Position numbers and translations under genes: made by a program. The notes under the pieces are model-generated. The model ran no database searches, had not been told where the DNA came from, and worked only from the letters and a program-made list of their open reading frames with translations. Positions 31,013-42,920 of a stretch of DNA of 64,000 nt are shown here, one piece after another. Location of the stretch: the NCBI GenBank assembly GCA_963827595.1, contig CAWHBT010000017.1, positions 14,196-78,195 on the forward strand, read 5' to 3'. Every line of letters begins with the position of its first letter. The stretch's first letter is position 1. The stretch is from an uncultured beta proteobacterium. GTDB taxonomy: Bacteria > Pseudomonadota > Gammaproteobacteria > Burkholderiales > SG8-39.

Positions 31013-32428
31013 CTACGACGCGTAGTACATGTCGAACTCGATCGGATGGGTGGTCATCCGGAACCTGGTGATCTCGTCCATCTTGAGCGCCATGTACGCA
31101 TCGAGCGTGTCATTCGTGAACACGCCGCCGCGGGTCAGGAACTCGCGGTCCTTGTCCAGGGTCTCCAGCGCCTGCTCGAGCGACGCGCACACGTTCGGGA
31201 CCTTCTTCGCCTCTTCGGGCGGCAGGTGGTACATGTCCTTGTCGAGCGGGTCGCCGGGCTTGATCTTGTTCTGGACGCCGTCGAGACCCGCCATCAGCAT
31301 CGCCGCGAAGCCGAGATACGGATTCATCGTCGGGTCGGGGAAGCGCACCTCGACGCGCCGCGACTTCGGGCTCGACACGTAGGGGATGCGGCAGGCGACG
31401 GAGCGGTTGCGGGCCGAGTAGGCGAGATTGATCGGCGCCTCGAAGCCCGGCACCAGACGCTTGTACGAGTTCGTGCCCGGGTTGGTGATCGCGTTGAGCG
31501 CCTTCGCGTGCTTGATGATCCCGCCGATGTAGTGGAGCGCGAAGTCCGAGAGCCCGGCGTAGCCGTTGCCGGCGAAGAGGTTGTTGCCGTCCTTCCAGAC
31601 CGACTGGTGGCAGTGCATGCCCGAGCCGTTGTCGCCGACGATCGGCTTCGGCATGAACGTCGCGGTCTTGCCGTACGACGCCGCGGTCATCCAGACCGTG
31701 TACTTCAGGATCTGCATCCAGTCGGCGCGCTGGACGAGCGGCGCGAAGCGCGTGCCGATCTCGTTCTGGCCGGCGGCGCCCACCTCGTGGTGGTGTACCT
31801 CGACCTCGACGCCCTGCTGCTCCAGCGCGAGCGCCATCGCGTTGCGGATGTCGGCGAGCGTGTCGGTCGGGGGCACCGGGAAGTAGCCACCCTTCACCGG
31901 CGCGCGGTGCCCCGGGTTCCCGCCCTCGTACTCGTCGCCCGAGGACCAGGGGGCCTCCTCGGACTTGATCTTCACGAAGCAGCCCGCCATGTCGACGCTC
32001 CAGGTCACCGAGTCGAAGATGAAGAACTCGGGCTCGGGGCCGAAGTACGCGGTGTCGCCGAGGCCGGTCGACTTCAGGTAGCCCTCCGCCTTCTTCGCGA
32101 TCGAGCGCGGGTCGCGGCCGTAGGGCTTCATGTCGGTGGGCTCGATCACGTCGCAGCTGACGTTCAGCACCGTCTCGTCGGTGAACGGGTCGAGACGGGC
32201 GCTCACCGGATCGGGCATGAGGAGCATGTCCGAGGCCTCGATCCCCTTCCAGCCGGCGATCGACGAGCCGTCGAACGCGTGGCCGTTCTCGAACTTCTCC
32301 ATCGTGAAGTACTTCGCCGGGACGGTGACGTGCTGCTCCTTGCCGCGGGTGTCGGTGAAGCGGAAGTCGACGAACTTCACCTCCTTGTCCTTGACGAGCT
32401 TCATCACATCGGCGGCAGTCATTGCCAT
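31013..32428 (-). CDS. glnA: glutamine synthetase, type I
   Basis: [26 protein letters not shown]..., the adenylylation-site region NLYDLP-like (DMYHLPPEE), about 471 aa. An internal Met of the 496-aa track ORF was chosen. Confidence 0.93.
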   Translation of the reverse strand: MAMTAADVMKLVKDKEVKFVDFRFTDTRGKEQHVTVPAKYFTMEKFENGHAFDGSSIAGWKGIEASDMLLMPDPVSARLDPFTDETVLNVSCDVIEPTDMKPYGRDPRSIAKKAEGYLKSTGLGDTAYFGPEPEFFIFDSVTWSVDMAGCFVKIKSEEAPWSSGDEYEGGNPGHRAPVKGGYFPVPPTDTLADIRNAMALALEQQGVEVEVHHHEVGAAGQNEIGTRFAPLVQRADWMQILKYTVWMTAASYGKTATFMPKPIVGDNGSGMHCHQSVWKDGNNLFAGNGYAGLSDFALHYIGGIIKHAKALNAITNPGTNSYKRLVPGFEAPINLAYSARNRSVACRIPYVSSPKSRRVEVRFPDPTMNPYLGFAAMLMAGLDGVQNKIKPGDPLDKDMYHLPPEEAKKVPNVCASLEQALETLDKDREFLTRGGVFTNDTLDAYMALKMDEITRFRMTTHPIEFDMYYAS

Positions 32429-32491
32429 GTTCTTCTCCTGTTCGAAAATTGCGAGACGGATCCCTGACCGAAAAATCAGCCCTGCCTGCAG

Positions 32492-32507
32492 TGCGAAAAC
32501 CATGCCA
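32492..32507 (-). promoter_or_regulatory. sigma-54 (-24/-12) promoter of glnA
   Basis: The minus strand reads TGGCATGGTTTTCGCA. GG and GC are spaced exactly as in the TGGCAC-N5-TTGC consensus. It lies about 65 nt upstream of the glnA ATG. Confidence 0.6.
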
Positions 32508-32569
32508 TCGCGCCGGGACCTCTAGAACCTTGTGCCGTAAGGCAGCGGAGAGTCGCGCGGAGGCGGGAG

Positions 32570-32586
32570 TGCACTCGGGCAGTGCG
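32570..32586. promoter_or_regulatory. putative NtrC enhancer site 1
   Basis: TGCACTCGGGCAGTGCG compared with the consensus TGCACC-N5-GGTGCA. Confidence 0.45.
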
Positions 32587-32599
32587 TCGGCCGCCATTC

Positions 32600-32616
32600 T
32601 GCACTATGCCGGTGCG
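32600..32616. promoter_or_regulatory. putative NtrC enhancer site 2
   Basis: TGCACTATGCCGGTGCG. It lies 30 bp (three helical turns) from site 1 and about 100 nt upstream of the sigma-54 promoter. Confidence 0.5.
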
Positions 32617-32710
32617 GGTTGCCCGCTCGCGAGCCTCCCAGCTGCCCGATCGCCTGCTGGCGCTCCGGAGGTTAAACTGGCCCCGGGCTCTTCGCATCGC
32701 ACCGCAACCC

Positions 32711-33166
32711 ATGGACTCCACAGAGCAAATACTCGCGCGGGCGCGGGAGCGCGCCGAGCGCATGGGGCTGCCCTATGCCGGTGCGATCACTCCCCTGGAG
32801 GCCGCGGCCCTGCTCCAGGGCGAGCCCGGGGCCAGGCTCGTCGACGTGCGAACCCGCGCCGAGTGGGAGTGGGTCGGGCGCCCTCCGGGTGCGGTGTTCA
32901 TCGAGTGGAACACGTGGCCCGGCGGGGCGAAGAACCCGGAGTTCGAGCGCGAGCTCCTCGCGAAGGTGCCCGACAAGACGCGTCCGGTGCTGTTCCTCTG
33001 CCGGAGCGGCGGGCGCTCGCACCACGCGGCAATGGTGGCGGAGAAGCTCGGCTACCCGCTGGCGTTCAACGTTCTCGAGGGGTTCGAAGGCGACAAGGAC
33101 GCCGACGGGCACCGCGCGACGGTCGGCGGCTGGAAGGTCGCGGGGTTGCCGTGGATCCAAGGGTGA
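32711..33166 (+). CDS. rhodanese-like domain protein
   Basis: Active-site loop LFLCRSGGRSH in a rhodanese fold. The internal ATG (MDSTEQIL) was chosen, because the upstream part of the track ORF covers the glnA regulatory region. Confidence 0.75.
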   Translation: MDSTEQILARARERAERMGLPYAGAITPLEAAALLQGEPGARLVDVRTRAEWEWVGRPPGAVFIEWNTWPGGAKNPEFERELLAKVPDKTRPVLFLCRSGGRSHHAAMVAEKLGYPLAFNVLEGFEGDKDADGHRATVGGWKVAGLPWIQG

Positions 33167-33247
33167 CCGCACCGGGCGCCGGCGCAGCCGGCGCGTAGCG
33201 CGACCATCCCCGCGCCCCCGGGGATCCGGTACGGCGCTCTACTCACC

Positions 33248-34847
33248 ATGCTCAATCCCACCCGAGGCACACGCGGCATGGCGGTCGCACCGCACGCGCT
33301 CGCATCGCAGTCGGCGCTCGCGGTGCTGCGCGAAGGCGGCAACGCGCTCGAAGCGATGGTCGCCGCCGCCGCGGCCATCGCCGTCGTCTATCCGCACATG
33401 AACTCGCTCGGCGGCGACTCGTTCTGGCTCGTGCTCGTGCCAGGGCAGGCCCCGACCGGCATCGACGCCTGCGGGGCGGCGGCGAGGAATGCGTCGATCG
33501 CGTGGTACGGCCTGCAGGGAATCAAGAGCTCGATCCCGTTCCGCGGCGGCGTCGCGGCGAATACGGTGGCCGGGACGGTCTCGGGCTGGGCGCTGGCGCA
33601 CGCGCGTGCGCGCGAGATCGGCGGCCGGTTGCCGCTGTCGCGCCTGCTCGAGGACGCGATTCACTACGCCGAGGACGGTATCCCGGTAACGGCGAGCCAG
33701 AACGCCGCGACCGCTGCGAAGCGCCGCGAGCTCGAGCCGCAGCCGGGTTTCGCCGATGCGTTCCTGCCGGGCGGCGGCGTCCCGGCCACGGGGAGCCGTT
33801 TCCTGCAGCAACGCGTGCGGCGAGACGCTGCGCCGCCTCGCGAAGGCGGGGCCGGACGACTTCTATCGCGGCGAGCTGGCGCGGGCGAACGCGGCGGACC
33901 TCGCGGCGGCCGGCAGCCCGGTGACGCTCGGTGACCTGGAGGCCCACCGCGCCGAGTGGCGGACGCCGCTCGCGCTCGAGCACTCGCTGGGCTCGGTCTA
34001 CAACATGCCGCCGCCGACGCAGGGGCTCGTCAGTCTCCTCATCCTCGGGATGCTCGATCGGCTCGCGATCGGCCAGCTCGATCCGCTCGGGGCGGACTAC
34101 GTGCACCTCGCCGTCGAAGCGGTCAAGCAGGCATTCGCGATCCGCGACCGCCACATCACCGATCCCGCGTACGTGACCGTCGACCCCCAGACCTTCCTCG
34201 CGCCTGCGAAGCTCGCGGAGCTCGCGGCCGGGATCGATCGCAATCGCGCCGCGCCCTGGGGGGCGGGCCGCGGCCCGGCCGACACGGTCTGGATGGGCGT
34301 GATCGACGGCGACGGCCGCGCGGTGAGCTTCATCCAGAGCCTCTATCACGAGTTCGGCGCCGGCGTGGTGCTGAAATCGACCGGGATCTGCTGGCAGAAC
34401 CGCGGGTGTTCGTTCAGCCTCGACGAGCGCGCGTTGAACGCGCTCAAGCCGCGGCGCAAACCGTTCCACACGCTCAACCCCGCGGCCGCGCAGCTGTCGG
34501 ACGGCCGGACCATGGTGTACGGCAACATGGGTGGCGACGGGCAGCCGCAGACGCAGAGCGCAGTGTTCACGCGCACGCTGGTTCACGGGATGACGCCGCA
34601 GGCGGCGATCACGGCGCCGCGCTGGTTGCTGGGCAGGACGTGGGGTCAGACCACCGACACGCTCAAGCTCGAGTCGCGGTTCGCGCCCGAAGTCGTCGAC
34701 GAGCTGCGCCGCCGCGGCCACGACGTCGAGGTGCTCGACGCCTACGACGAGACGATGGGCCACGCGGGGTGCGTGATCCGACATGCCGACGGGGCGTTCG
34801 AGGGCGGCGCGGATCCGCGGTCGGACGGCGGCGTCGCGGCATACTAG
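33248..34847 (+). pseudogene. gamma-glutamyltransferase-family protein, interrupted by a +1 frameshift near 33806-33812
   Basis: The N-part (33248 frame: ...AVAPHALASQSAL...GGDSFWLV...PATGSRFLQ) continues in the 33756 frame (...ACGETLRRLAKAGPDDFYRG...PPPTQGLV...). Total length is 1600 nt = 3n+1. Confidence 0.75.
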
Positions 34848-34873
34848 CGACCCGCGACAAGCGAGGGCCGAAG

Positions 34874-35926
34874 ATGAAAGGCGTCGTGTTCCCAGGGGAC
34901 CGCAAGGTCGAGATCCGCGAGTTCCCCGATCCCGTTCCGGGTCCCGGCGAGGTCGTGCTGGAGATCAAGGCGTCGGGCATGTGCGGCAGCGACCTGAAGT
35001 TCTATCGCGCTTCCGGCGGGGCGTCATCGCTCGGGCTAGGGAAGACATCCGGCCCGATCATCGCCGGGCACGAGCCGTGCGGCGTGGTCGCCGCGATCGG
35101 GCCCGAGGTTTCGGACCGGCAGGCCAGGGTCGGCATGCGCGTGATGCAGCATCACTACCGGGGCTGCGGCGTCTGCGAGCACTGCGCGACCGGCTGGATG
35201 CAGCTCTGCGTCGAGGGCGTCGCGGAGGTCTACGGCGCGACCGGCCATGGCGCGCACGCCCGGTACATGAAGTGCCCGGCGCGGACCCTGGTGCCACTTC
35301 CCGAGGAGCTCTCGTTCGAGGCCGGCGCGGCGATTTCCTGCGGCACCGGCACCGCCTGGGCGGCGCTGCACCGGCTCGGCCTGCAGGGGGACCACACGAT
35401 CGCGATCTTCGGCCAGGGCCCGGTAGGCCTATCGGCCACGCAGCTCGCGAGCGCGCTGGGCGCGCGCGTGATCGCCCTCGACGTCAGCGATGAGCGGCTC
35501 GCCCGGGCGAAAGCGCTCGGGGCCGACGCGCTCATCAATCCGCGAACCGCGACCGACGTCGTGCAGGCGGTCCGCGAGCTGACCCGCGGCCGCGGGGCGC
35601 ACCTCTGCCTCGAGGCGTCCTCGTCACCCCAGGCGCGCGTGGAAGCGGTGCGCTGCGTGCGCACATGGGGCAAGGTCTGCTACGTCGGTGAGGGCGACAC
35701 CGTCACGCTGGAGGTCAGCCCCGACCTGCTGCGCCGGCAGGTGACGCTGATCGGGTCGTGGACGTTCTCGACCGTCGGGCAGGCCGAGTGCGCGCGGTTC
35801 ATCGCGGACCGCGGCATCGACGTCGACCGCCTGTTCACGCACCGCTGGCGGCTCGACCAGGCGGAGGAGGCCTATCGTCTCTTCGACTCCCAGACCGCGG
35901 GGAAGGGCGTCATCCACCCGTCCTGA
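34874..35926 (+). CDS. zinc-dependent alcohol dehydrogenase family oxidoreductase
   Basis: [23 protein letters not shown], structural-zinc Cys cluster [10 protein letters not shown], and the Rossmann motif IFGQGPVGL. Confidence 0.85.
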   Translation: MKGVVFPGDRKVEIREFPDPVPGPGEVVLEIKASGMCGSDLKFYRASGGASSLGLGKTSGPIIAGHEPCGVVAAIGPEVSDRQARVGMRVMQHHYRGCGVCEHCATGWMQLCVEGVAEVYGATGHGAHARYMKCPARTLVPLPEELSFEAGAAISCGTGTAWAALHRLGLQGDHTIAIFGQGPVGLSATQLASALGARVIALDVSDERLARAKALGADALINPRTATDVVQAVRELTRGRGAHLCLEASSSPQARVEAVRCVRTWGKVCYVGEGDTVTLEVSPDLLRRQVTLIGSWTFSTVGQAECARFIADRGIDVDRLFTHRWRLDQAEEAYRLFDSQTAGKGVIHPS

Positions 35927-35939
35927 GCGGTGCGTCCGG

Positions 35940-36765
35940 TCAGCCCGCCGTCCAGTCCACGAGCCCGGTGTAGGCGGTGACGAGGACGATCGCGCCGAAC
36001 GCGATCCGGTACCACGCGAACGGCTTGAAGTCGTGCGTGGCGACGTAGCGGATCAGCCAGCGCACGCAGACGAACGCCGAGGCGAACGCCGCAACGAGCC
36101 CCACCGCCAGCATCTCCAGGTCGCCGGCCGAGAACGCCGCGCGGTGCTTGTACAGATCGTAGGCGCCGGCGGCCACGAGCGTCGGGACCGCGAGGAAGAA
36201 CGAGAACTCGGTCGCCGCCTTGCGCGACAGCCCGAACAGCATCGCGCCGATGATCGTCGCGCCCGAGCGTGACGTCCCCGGGATCAGGGCGAAGCACTGC
36301 GCGAAGCCGACCTTGAGCGCGTCGCGCCAGGTCATCGTCGTCGACGCTCGCGACGTGCCAGCGATGCGCCTTCCGCTCGACCCACAGGATCACGAACGCG
36401 CCGAGGATGAACGCCAGCGCGACCGGCACCGGCGCGAAGAGGTGCGCCTTGATGAGGCCGCCGAAGGCGAGGCCGAGCACCGCCGCGGGAATGAACGCGA
36501 CGATGAGGTTGGCGACGAAGCGCTGCGCGGCGCGGTCCGACCCGAGCCCGGCGAGCACCCCCAGGAATTTCACGCGGTACTCCCAGACGACCGCCAGCAT
36601 CGCGCCGGTCTGGATCGCGAGATTGAAGGTCTTCGCCTTCTCGCCGTCGAAGCCGAGCAGGTCGGCGGCGAGGATGAGATGGCCGGTGCTCGAGACGGGG
36701 AGGAATTCGGTGAGGCCTTCGACCACGCCGAGCACGAGGGCCTTGCCGAGCAGCGGGAGATCCAT
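35940..36765 (-). pseudogene. uppP: undecaprenyl-diphosphate phosphatase, interrupted by a 1-nt insertion near 36336
   Basis: The N-part [30 protein letters not shown]...ASVDD continues in another frame as [28 protein letters not shown]... The sense strand reads gtc gac gac G atg acc tgg. Length is 826 nt = 3n+1. Confidence 0.8.
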
Positions 36766-36844
36766 CGCGGCGGGGATTCTACTTGGCCCGGGAGGCACAG
36801 ACGGCGGGCTTCGCCCGCTTGGCCAGCCCTGTCAAAATCGCAAC

Positions 36845-37504
36845 ATGGATCCCTGGGCGAGGATCGACCTCTACTGCGAGCGAACGGACCCGAGCTTCTG
36901 GTCGGAGCCGCTGAACGCCCTCACCAATCTTGCCTTCCTCATCGCCGCAATCCTGGTCGTGAACCGGGCGCGGCGCGAGCGCGGCAGGCTCGCCTGGGAT
37001 GCAGCGTTGCTCGCCGCGCTGACCGCGCTCGTCGGCGCGGGCAGCTTCCTGTTCCACACGTTTGCGACGGTCTGGGGTCGCTGGCTCGACCTCGTGTTCA
37101 TCGCGGCGTTCGTCTATGTGCTCCTCGCCCTGTGCCTCGTCCGGTTCGCGCGGTTGGGGTGGCGCGGCGTGCTGGCCGGGCTCGTCCTGTATGCGATCGT
37201 CGAGCGCGGCATGCTCGCCGCCGTCCCGCCCGGGACGATGGGGGGCTCGCTGCTTTACCTGCCGCCGGTCCTGGCGCTCGCGGCGTTGGCCTGGTACGCC
37301 CGGCATCGGGTCCATCCGGCGGCGTCCCGCCTCGCCGCGGCGGTCGGCGTCTTCGCCGTTGCGATCGCCGTCCGGACGGTGGACTTGCCGCTCTGTCGGG
37401 TGTGGCCGACGGGGACCCACTTCCTCTGGCACCTCCTCACCGCATGGGTGCTCTACCTCGCGGCGACGGCCGTGCTCGCGCCGCGCGGCGCGCGTTCAGG
37501 CTGA
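36845..37504 (+). CDS. ceramidase-domain-like polytopic membrane protein
   Basis: MDPWARIDLYCERTDPSFWSEPLNALTNLAFLIAA..., with several TM helices and conserved His residues (FLFHTF, FLWHLL). The family assignment is from memory. Confidence 0.55.
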   Translation: MDPWARIDLYCERTDPSFWSEPLNALTNLAFLIAAILVVNRARRERGRLAWDAALLAALTALVGAGSFLFHTFATVWGRWLDLVFIAAFVYVLLALCLVRFARLGWRGVLAGLVLYAIVERGMLAAVPPGTMGGSLLYLPPVLALAALAWYARHRVHPAASRLAAAVGVFAVAIAVRTVDLPLCRVWPTGTHFLWHLLTAWVLYLAATAVLAPRGARSG

Positions 37505-37547
37505 CGGAGAAGAACCGCCCGGGCCGGACTCGGCCAGGCAGCAAGTG

Positions 37548-37766
37548 TCAGAGCTTCGGCAGGGTCCGGAAGCCGAAGGGGAGGAGCAGCGAGGCGAAGC
37601 GGTGAAACGCGCGCGGGGTGGACGCCTGGACGGCCGCGCCAAGGGCCGGCACATCGGCGAGAACGCGACGGGCAAGCGGGGACACGCTGCGCGGCCGACC
37701 GAGCAACTCGGGCGGGAGATTGAACTCCGCCCACTCGTAGAGCCTGGTGTCGTCCGGCGCAGTCAC
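37548..37766 (-). CDS. hypothetical protein (72 aa)
   Basis: GTG start with a weak AGAGG upstream. GC3 is very high in this frame. No family recognised. Confidence 0.3.
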   Translation of the reverse strand: MTAPDDTRLYEWAEFNLPPELLGRPRSVSPLARRVLADVPALGAAVQASTPRAFHRFASLLLPFGFRTLPKL

Positions 37767-38010
37767 TTCGCTTGCCTCTGGAGGTCCGGTCGTCGCTTCG
37801 ATACCCTCGTTAGTATCTCAAACGCACAGATCCGTTCAATCGTCTACGAGTCTAGGCCGCAAGGTGGATGCGCGAGTGTGAAGAATTGTGACAGCGGCGG
37901 GCTCTCGCACGCCGCATGACGATGCCATGTTGGTCGCCGGTCGGCCGCGGTCCTGACACCGACGAGAGTCGGACGGTGACGGTCTTGTGACGGCGCCTCG
38001 TCGGCGCGTC

Positions 38011-38689
38011 CTACTTGGTGACGTTGAGGTTCCGGTAGAGCCGCTCGACGAGCGCCCGCAACTCGGCCGTCTCCTCGCCAAGTCGGGCGACCTGCGGCCT
38101 TCAGCGCCGCGATCTCGCTCGCCGGCGGGGCTTCGGCGCCGCCGGTCGCGGCGGCAGGTCGAGCCGCGGAGGCCTCCACCGGACCGGAGAGAAGGTGCGC
38201 CCACCGGTGCTCGCGAGACCCCGGCATTCTGGGCAGCTGGACCGTCAGCGGTCCGCCGTCGGCCTCGGGCCGGGCTGCCAACGCCTGCAAGGCCCCCTCG
38301 ACCGCGCCGAGGTCGGCGAAGCGATGCAGGCGCTCGGTGTTGATCCGGAGCTCGCCCGGGGTCTGGGGACCGCGGAGCATCAGCGCGGCGAGCAGCGCTA
38401 CGGCCGGTTCCGTCAGGTTCATGACACGCCCGATGTTGTGCGTGTACCGCGCCACGCGGGAGCCGCTCGACTCGATGACGAGGGACAGCGGACGCAGCGC
38501 GTCGAGGGCTGCCTGCACCTCGGCCTCGGTCGCTTGCATGAGGGGGTCGCGGTTGTTCTTCTGATTGCACCCCGATGTCAGCGCGTTCAGGGACAGCGGA
38601 TACGTGTCCGGGACGGTGCGCTCCTTCTCGACGAGGACGCCGAGCACCCGCGTCTCGAGGAGCGCAAGCTGCGGCAGCGCGGTCGGCAC
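38011..38689 (-). pseudogene. YceH-like DUF480 protein, interrupted by a 1-nt insertion near 38092
   Basis: LETRVLGVLVEKERTVPDTYPLSLNALTSGCNQKNNRDP...LRGPQTPGELR matches E. coli YceH closely. The C-terminal coiled coil VARLGEETAELRALVERLYRNLNVTK* is in the adjacent frame. Length is 679 nt = 3n+1. GTG start 14 nt after the thiC stop. Confidence 0.7.
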
Positions 38690-38703
38690 TCCGGCCGCCC
38701 CCG

Positions 38704-40740
<2,037 letters not shown>

Positions 40741-40829
40741 GACCAGGACCCCCACGTCGCAAGCCCCACGTTACTCCAACGGCCCGAGCCTTTCAACGGT
40801 GCTCGCGACACGTCCGGTGACGGACGGCT

Positions 40830-41579
40830 ATGATCCCCGCTCGACCGATGAAGCCCAACGAGCCACCGAAGCGACTGGGCGTGATCGTCCCGCCCGCGAA
40901 CCCGACCGTCGAGCCGGAAATGCGGCGGCTGATGCCGCCCGAGTTCGGCCTGTACGCGAGCCGGCTGCCGGTGCTTTCCGGCGACCTCCGGGACCGGGTC
41001 GACGGCTATCCGTTCCACTACCCGGCGGCGGTGAAGAGCTTCGGCGAGCTGATGCTCGAGGCGATCTACATCGGCGCGACGGCGCCGAGCTACGTCCTCG
41101 GGGAAGCGCGCGATCGCGAGCTCGCCGCGGCGCTCTCGCTGGAATCCGGCACGATCGTCGAGATCGCGAGCATCGCGGTGATCGACACGCTCCGCCTGCT
41201 CGAGGCGCGGACGATCGCGCTCGTCTCCCCCTATCCGGAGTGGCTCACCAAGCGCGCGATCGCGTACTGGGAGAGCGCCGCCTTCCGCGTCGCCCAGGTG
41301 ATCCGGCTCTCGGAAGAGTTCCGCCCGTATCAGCTGCGGACGGCCGACGTGCTCGCCGGGCTGCGTCAGGTGAGCGCGCCCGGCATCCAGGCGGTCGTGC
41401 TGGACGGCACCGGCGTCGCCACGCTCGACGCGATCGTCACTGCCGGGCCCGACGCCGCGGTACCGCTGCTCTCGTCGAACCTCTGCGGCGCGTGGCGCCT
41501 GCTCGATCGGCTGAAAGGCCGGCCGGGTTTCGATCTTGCACGGGCGGCGCCGTCCCTCGCCGCCCGGCTGCCGGGCTGA
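40830..41579 (+). CDS. Asp/Glu/hydantoin-racemase-superfamily protein (maleate isomerase / arylmalonate decarboxylase-like)
   Basis: [16 protein letters not shown]... and ...[13 protein letters not shown], with two pseudo-symmetric halves typical of this superfamily. The exact activity is not inferable. Confidence 0.65.
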   Translation: MIPARPMKPNEPPKRLGVIVPPANPTVEPEMRRLMPPEFGLYASRLPVLSGDLRDRVDGYPFHYPAAVKSFGELMLEAIYIGATAPSYVLGEARDRELAAALSLESGTIVEIASIAVIDTLRLLEARTIALVSPYPEWLTKRAIAYWESAAFRVAQVIRLSEEFRPYQLRTADVLAGLRQVSAPGIQAVVLDGTGVATLDAIVTAGPDAAVPLLSSNLCGAWRLLDRLKGRPGFDLARAAPSLAARLPG

Positions 41580-41599
41580 GCCGCGAGCCGGGGCGCCAA

Positions 41600-42118
41600 G
41601 TGACCGACCCCGCGTGGCCGGATGCGATCTATGACGCGCTGCTCGCCGCCGGCGTCAAGCAGGTCGCCTACGTCCCCGACGCGGGGCATCGGCGGCTCAT
41701 CGAGCTGGCCCATGCCAATTCCGACCTGGCGACCGTCGTGCTGACCACGGAGGAGGAAGGGATCGCACTGCTCGCCGGAGCGTATCTCGGAGGCGAGAAA
41801 GGGGTTCTGTTGATGCAATCGAGCGGCGTCGGCAACTGCATCAACGCGCTCGCGCTGCCGGCGGAGTGCCGCATCCCGCTGCTGATGCTCGTCACGATGC
41901 GCGGCGAGTGGGGGGAGTTCAACCCCTGGCAGGTGGCGATGGGGCAGGCCACGCCCCCCGCGCTCGAGGCCATGGGCGTGATCGTCCTGCGCGCCGACGA
42001 CGCCGATCGGATCATCGAGACCGTGCAGGCCGGGGCCGGGCTGGCGTTCGATTCCGGCCGCATGGTCGCGGTGCTGATCGGCCAGCGGGCGATCGGCGCC
42101 AAGGTGTTCCGGAAATGA
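41600..42118 (+). CDS. split TPP-dependent decarboxylase, alpha (PYR-domain) subunit (sulfopyruvate/phosphonopyruvate decarboxylase-like)
   Basis: GTG start, in frame in track ORF 40472..42118. YVPDAGHRRLIEL...TEEEGIALLAGAYLGG...LLMQSSGVGNCINAL is the N-terminal TPP pyrimidine-binding domain pattern. About 172 aa. Confidence 0.7.
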   Translation: MTDPAWPDAIYDALLAAGVKQVAYVPDAGHRRLIELAHANSDLATVVLTTEEEGIALLAGAYLGGEKGVLLMQSSGVGNCINALALPAECRIPLLMLVTMRGEWGEFNPWQVAMGQATPPALEAMGVIVLRADDADRIIETVQAGAGLAFDSGRMVAVLIGQRAIGAKVFRK

Positions 42119-42150
42119 GCGTGCTCGGACGCCGCGCCGTCGCCGGGCAG
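42102..42150 (+). repeat. left copy of a 49-bp imperfect direct repeat (end of alpha gene plus relic start of beta gene)
   Basis: AGGTGTTCCGGAAATGAGCGTGCTCGGACGCCGCGCCGTCGCCGGGCAG. It matches 42872-42920 at 40 of 49 positions (hand alignment). Confidence 0.75.
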
Positions 42151-42214
42151 GGTCGGGGCGTACGGGGTGGACTATCATGGAATTCCTCGCTGAACCACCA
42201 ATCGAGGAGGTGCC

Positions 42215-42862
42215 ATGCGGACCTCTCTCACCCTGGTCGCGATGTGCATGGGCGCGGCGCTGCTCGGCACGAGCGGGCCCGCGCGTGCCCAAGCCCACTG
42301 GTACCTCGGGGCCACGCTCGGCGCGTCCAACGCGAATATCACCCAGGAGGCGGTGCCGGTCACCGGAGCAACGTCCAGCGCCTTCCTGACCGACTCGCGG
42401 GACCCGGGCGTCAAGGTGTTTGCCGGCTACCGCTTCAATCGCTATTTCGCAGTGGAAGGCGGCTTCGCGTGGCTGGGCGAGTTCCAGGCCACGACCCAGG
42501 TGACGGCGCCGACCGCGGGCGCGCTAAACGCGGACATCCGCGTGATCGGGCTGTACATCGACGCGGTCCCCATGCTCCCGGTGGGCGACCGCTTCGCCCT
42601 ATTCGCGAAGGTGGGCGTCCTGCTCTCCGAAACCAGAACCACCCGCTCGACCTTCGGGACGGTGACCCCCGTGCCCGGGTTGAACGCGAACGCCTCCATC
42701 GACCAGCCGAATTGGTCGTACGGCCTGGGGATGCAGTACGATCTCGACAAGACCGTGACGCTGCGCTTCGTGTGGGAGCGCTACATCAAACTCGGCGACT
42801 CCAACACCGGCGGCGAGTTCAACATCGATCTCTATTCGGGGGGGCTGTTGTTCCGCTTCTGA
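42215..42862 (+). CDS. OmpA-like/OmpW-like 8-stranded outer membrane beta-barrel protein
   Basis: Signal peptide ...GPARAQA, alternating beta-strand pattern (KVFAGYRFNRYFAVEGGFAWLG) and the C-terminal signature GGLLFRF. It has its own GAGGAGG Shine-Dalgarno. Confidence 0.7.
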   Translation: MRTSLTLVAMCMGAALLGTSGPARAQAHWYLGATLGASNANITQEAVPVTGATSSAFLTDSRDPGVKVFAGYRFNRYFAVEGGFAWLGEFQATTQVTAPTAGALNADIRVIGLYIDAVPMLPVGDRFALFAKVGVLLSETRTTRSTFGTVTPVPGLNANASIDQPNWSYGLGMQYDLDKTVTLRFVWERYIKLGDSNTGGEFNIDLYSGGLLFRF

Positions 42863-42871
42863 CCCACCCCC

Positions 42872-42920
42872 AGGTGTTCCGCAAGTGAGCATGCTCGAGC
42901 GCCGCGCGGTGACCCGGCAG
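42872..42920 (+). repeat. right copy of the 49-bp imperfect direct repeat (overlaps the functional beta-gene start)
   Basis: AGGTGTTCCGCAAGTGAGCATGCTCGAGCGCCGCGCGGTGACCCGGCAG. Offset exactly 770 bp from the left copy. Confidence 0.75.
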
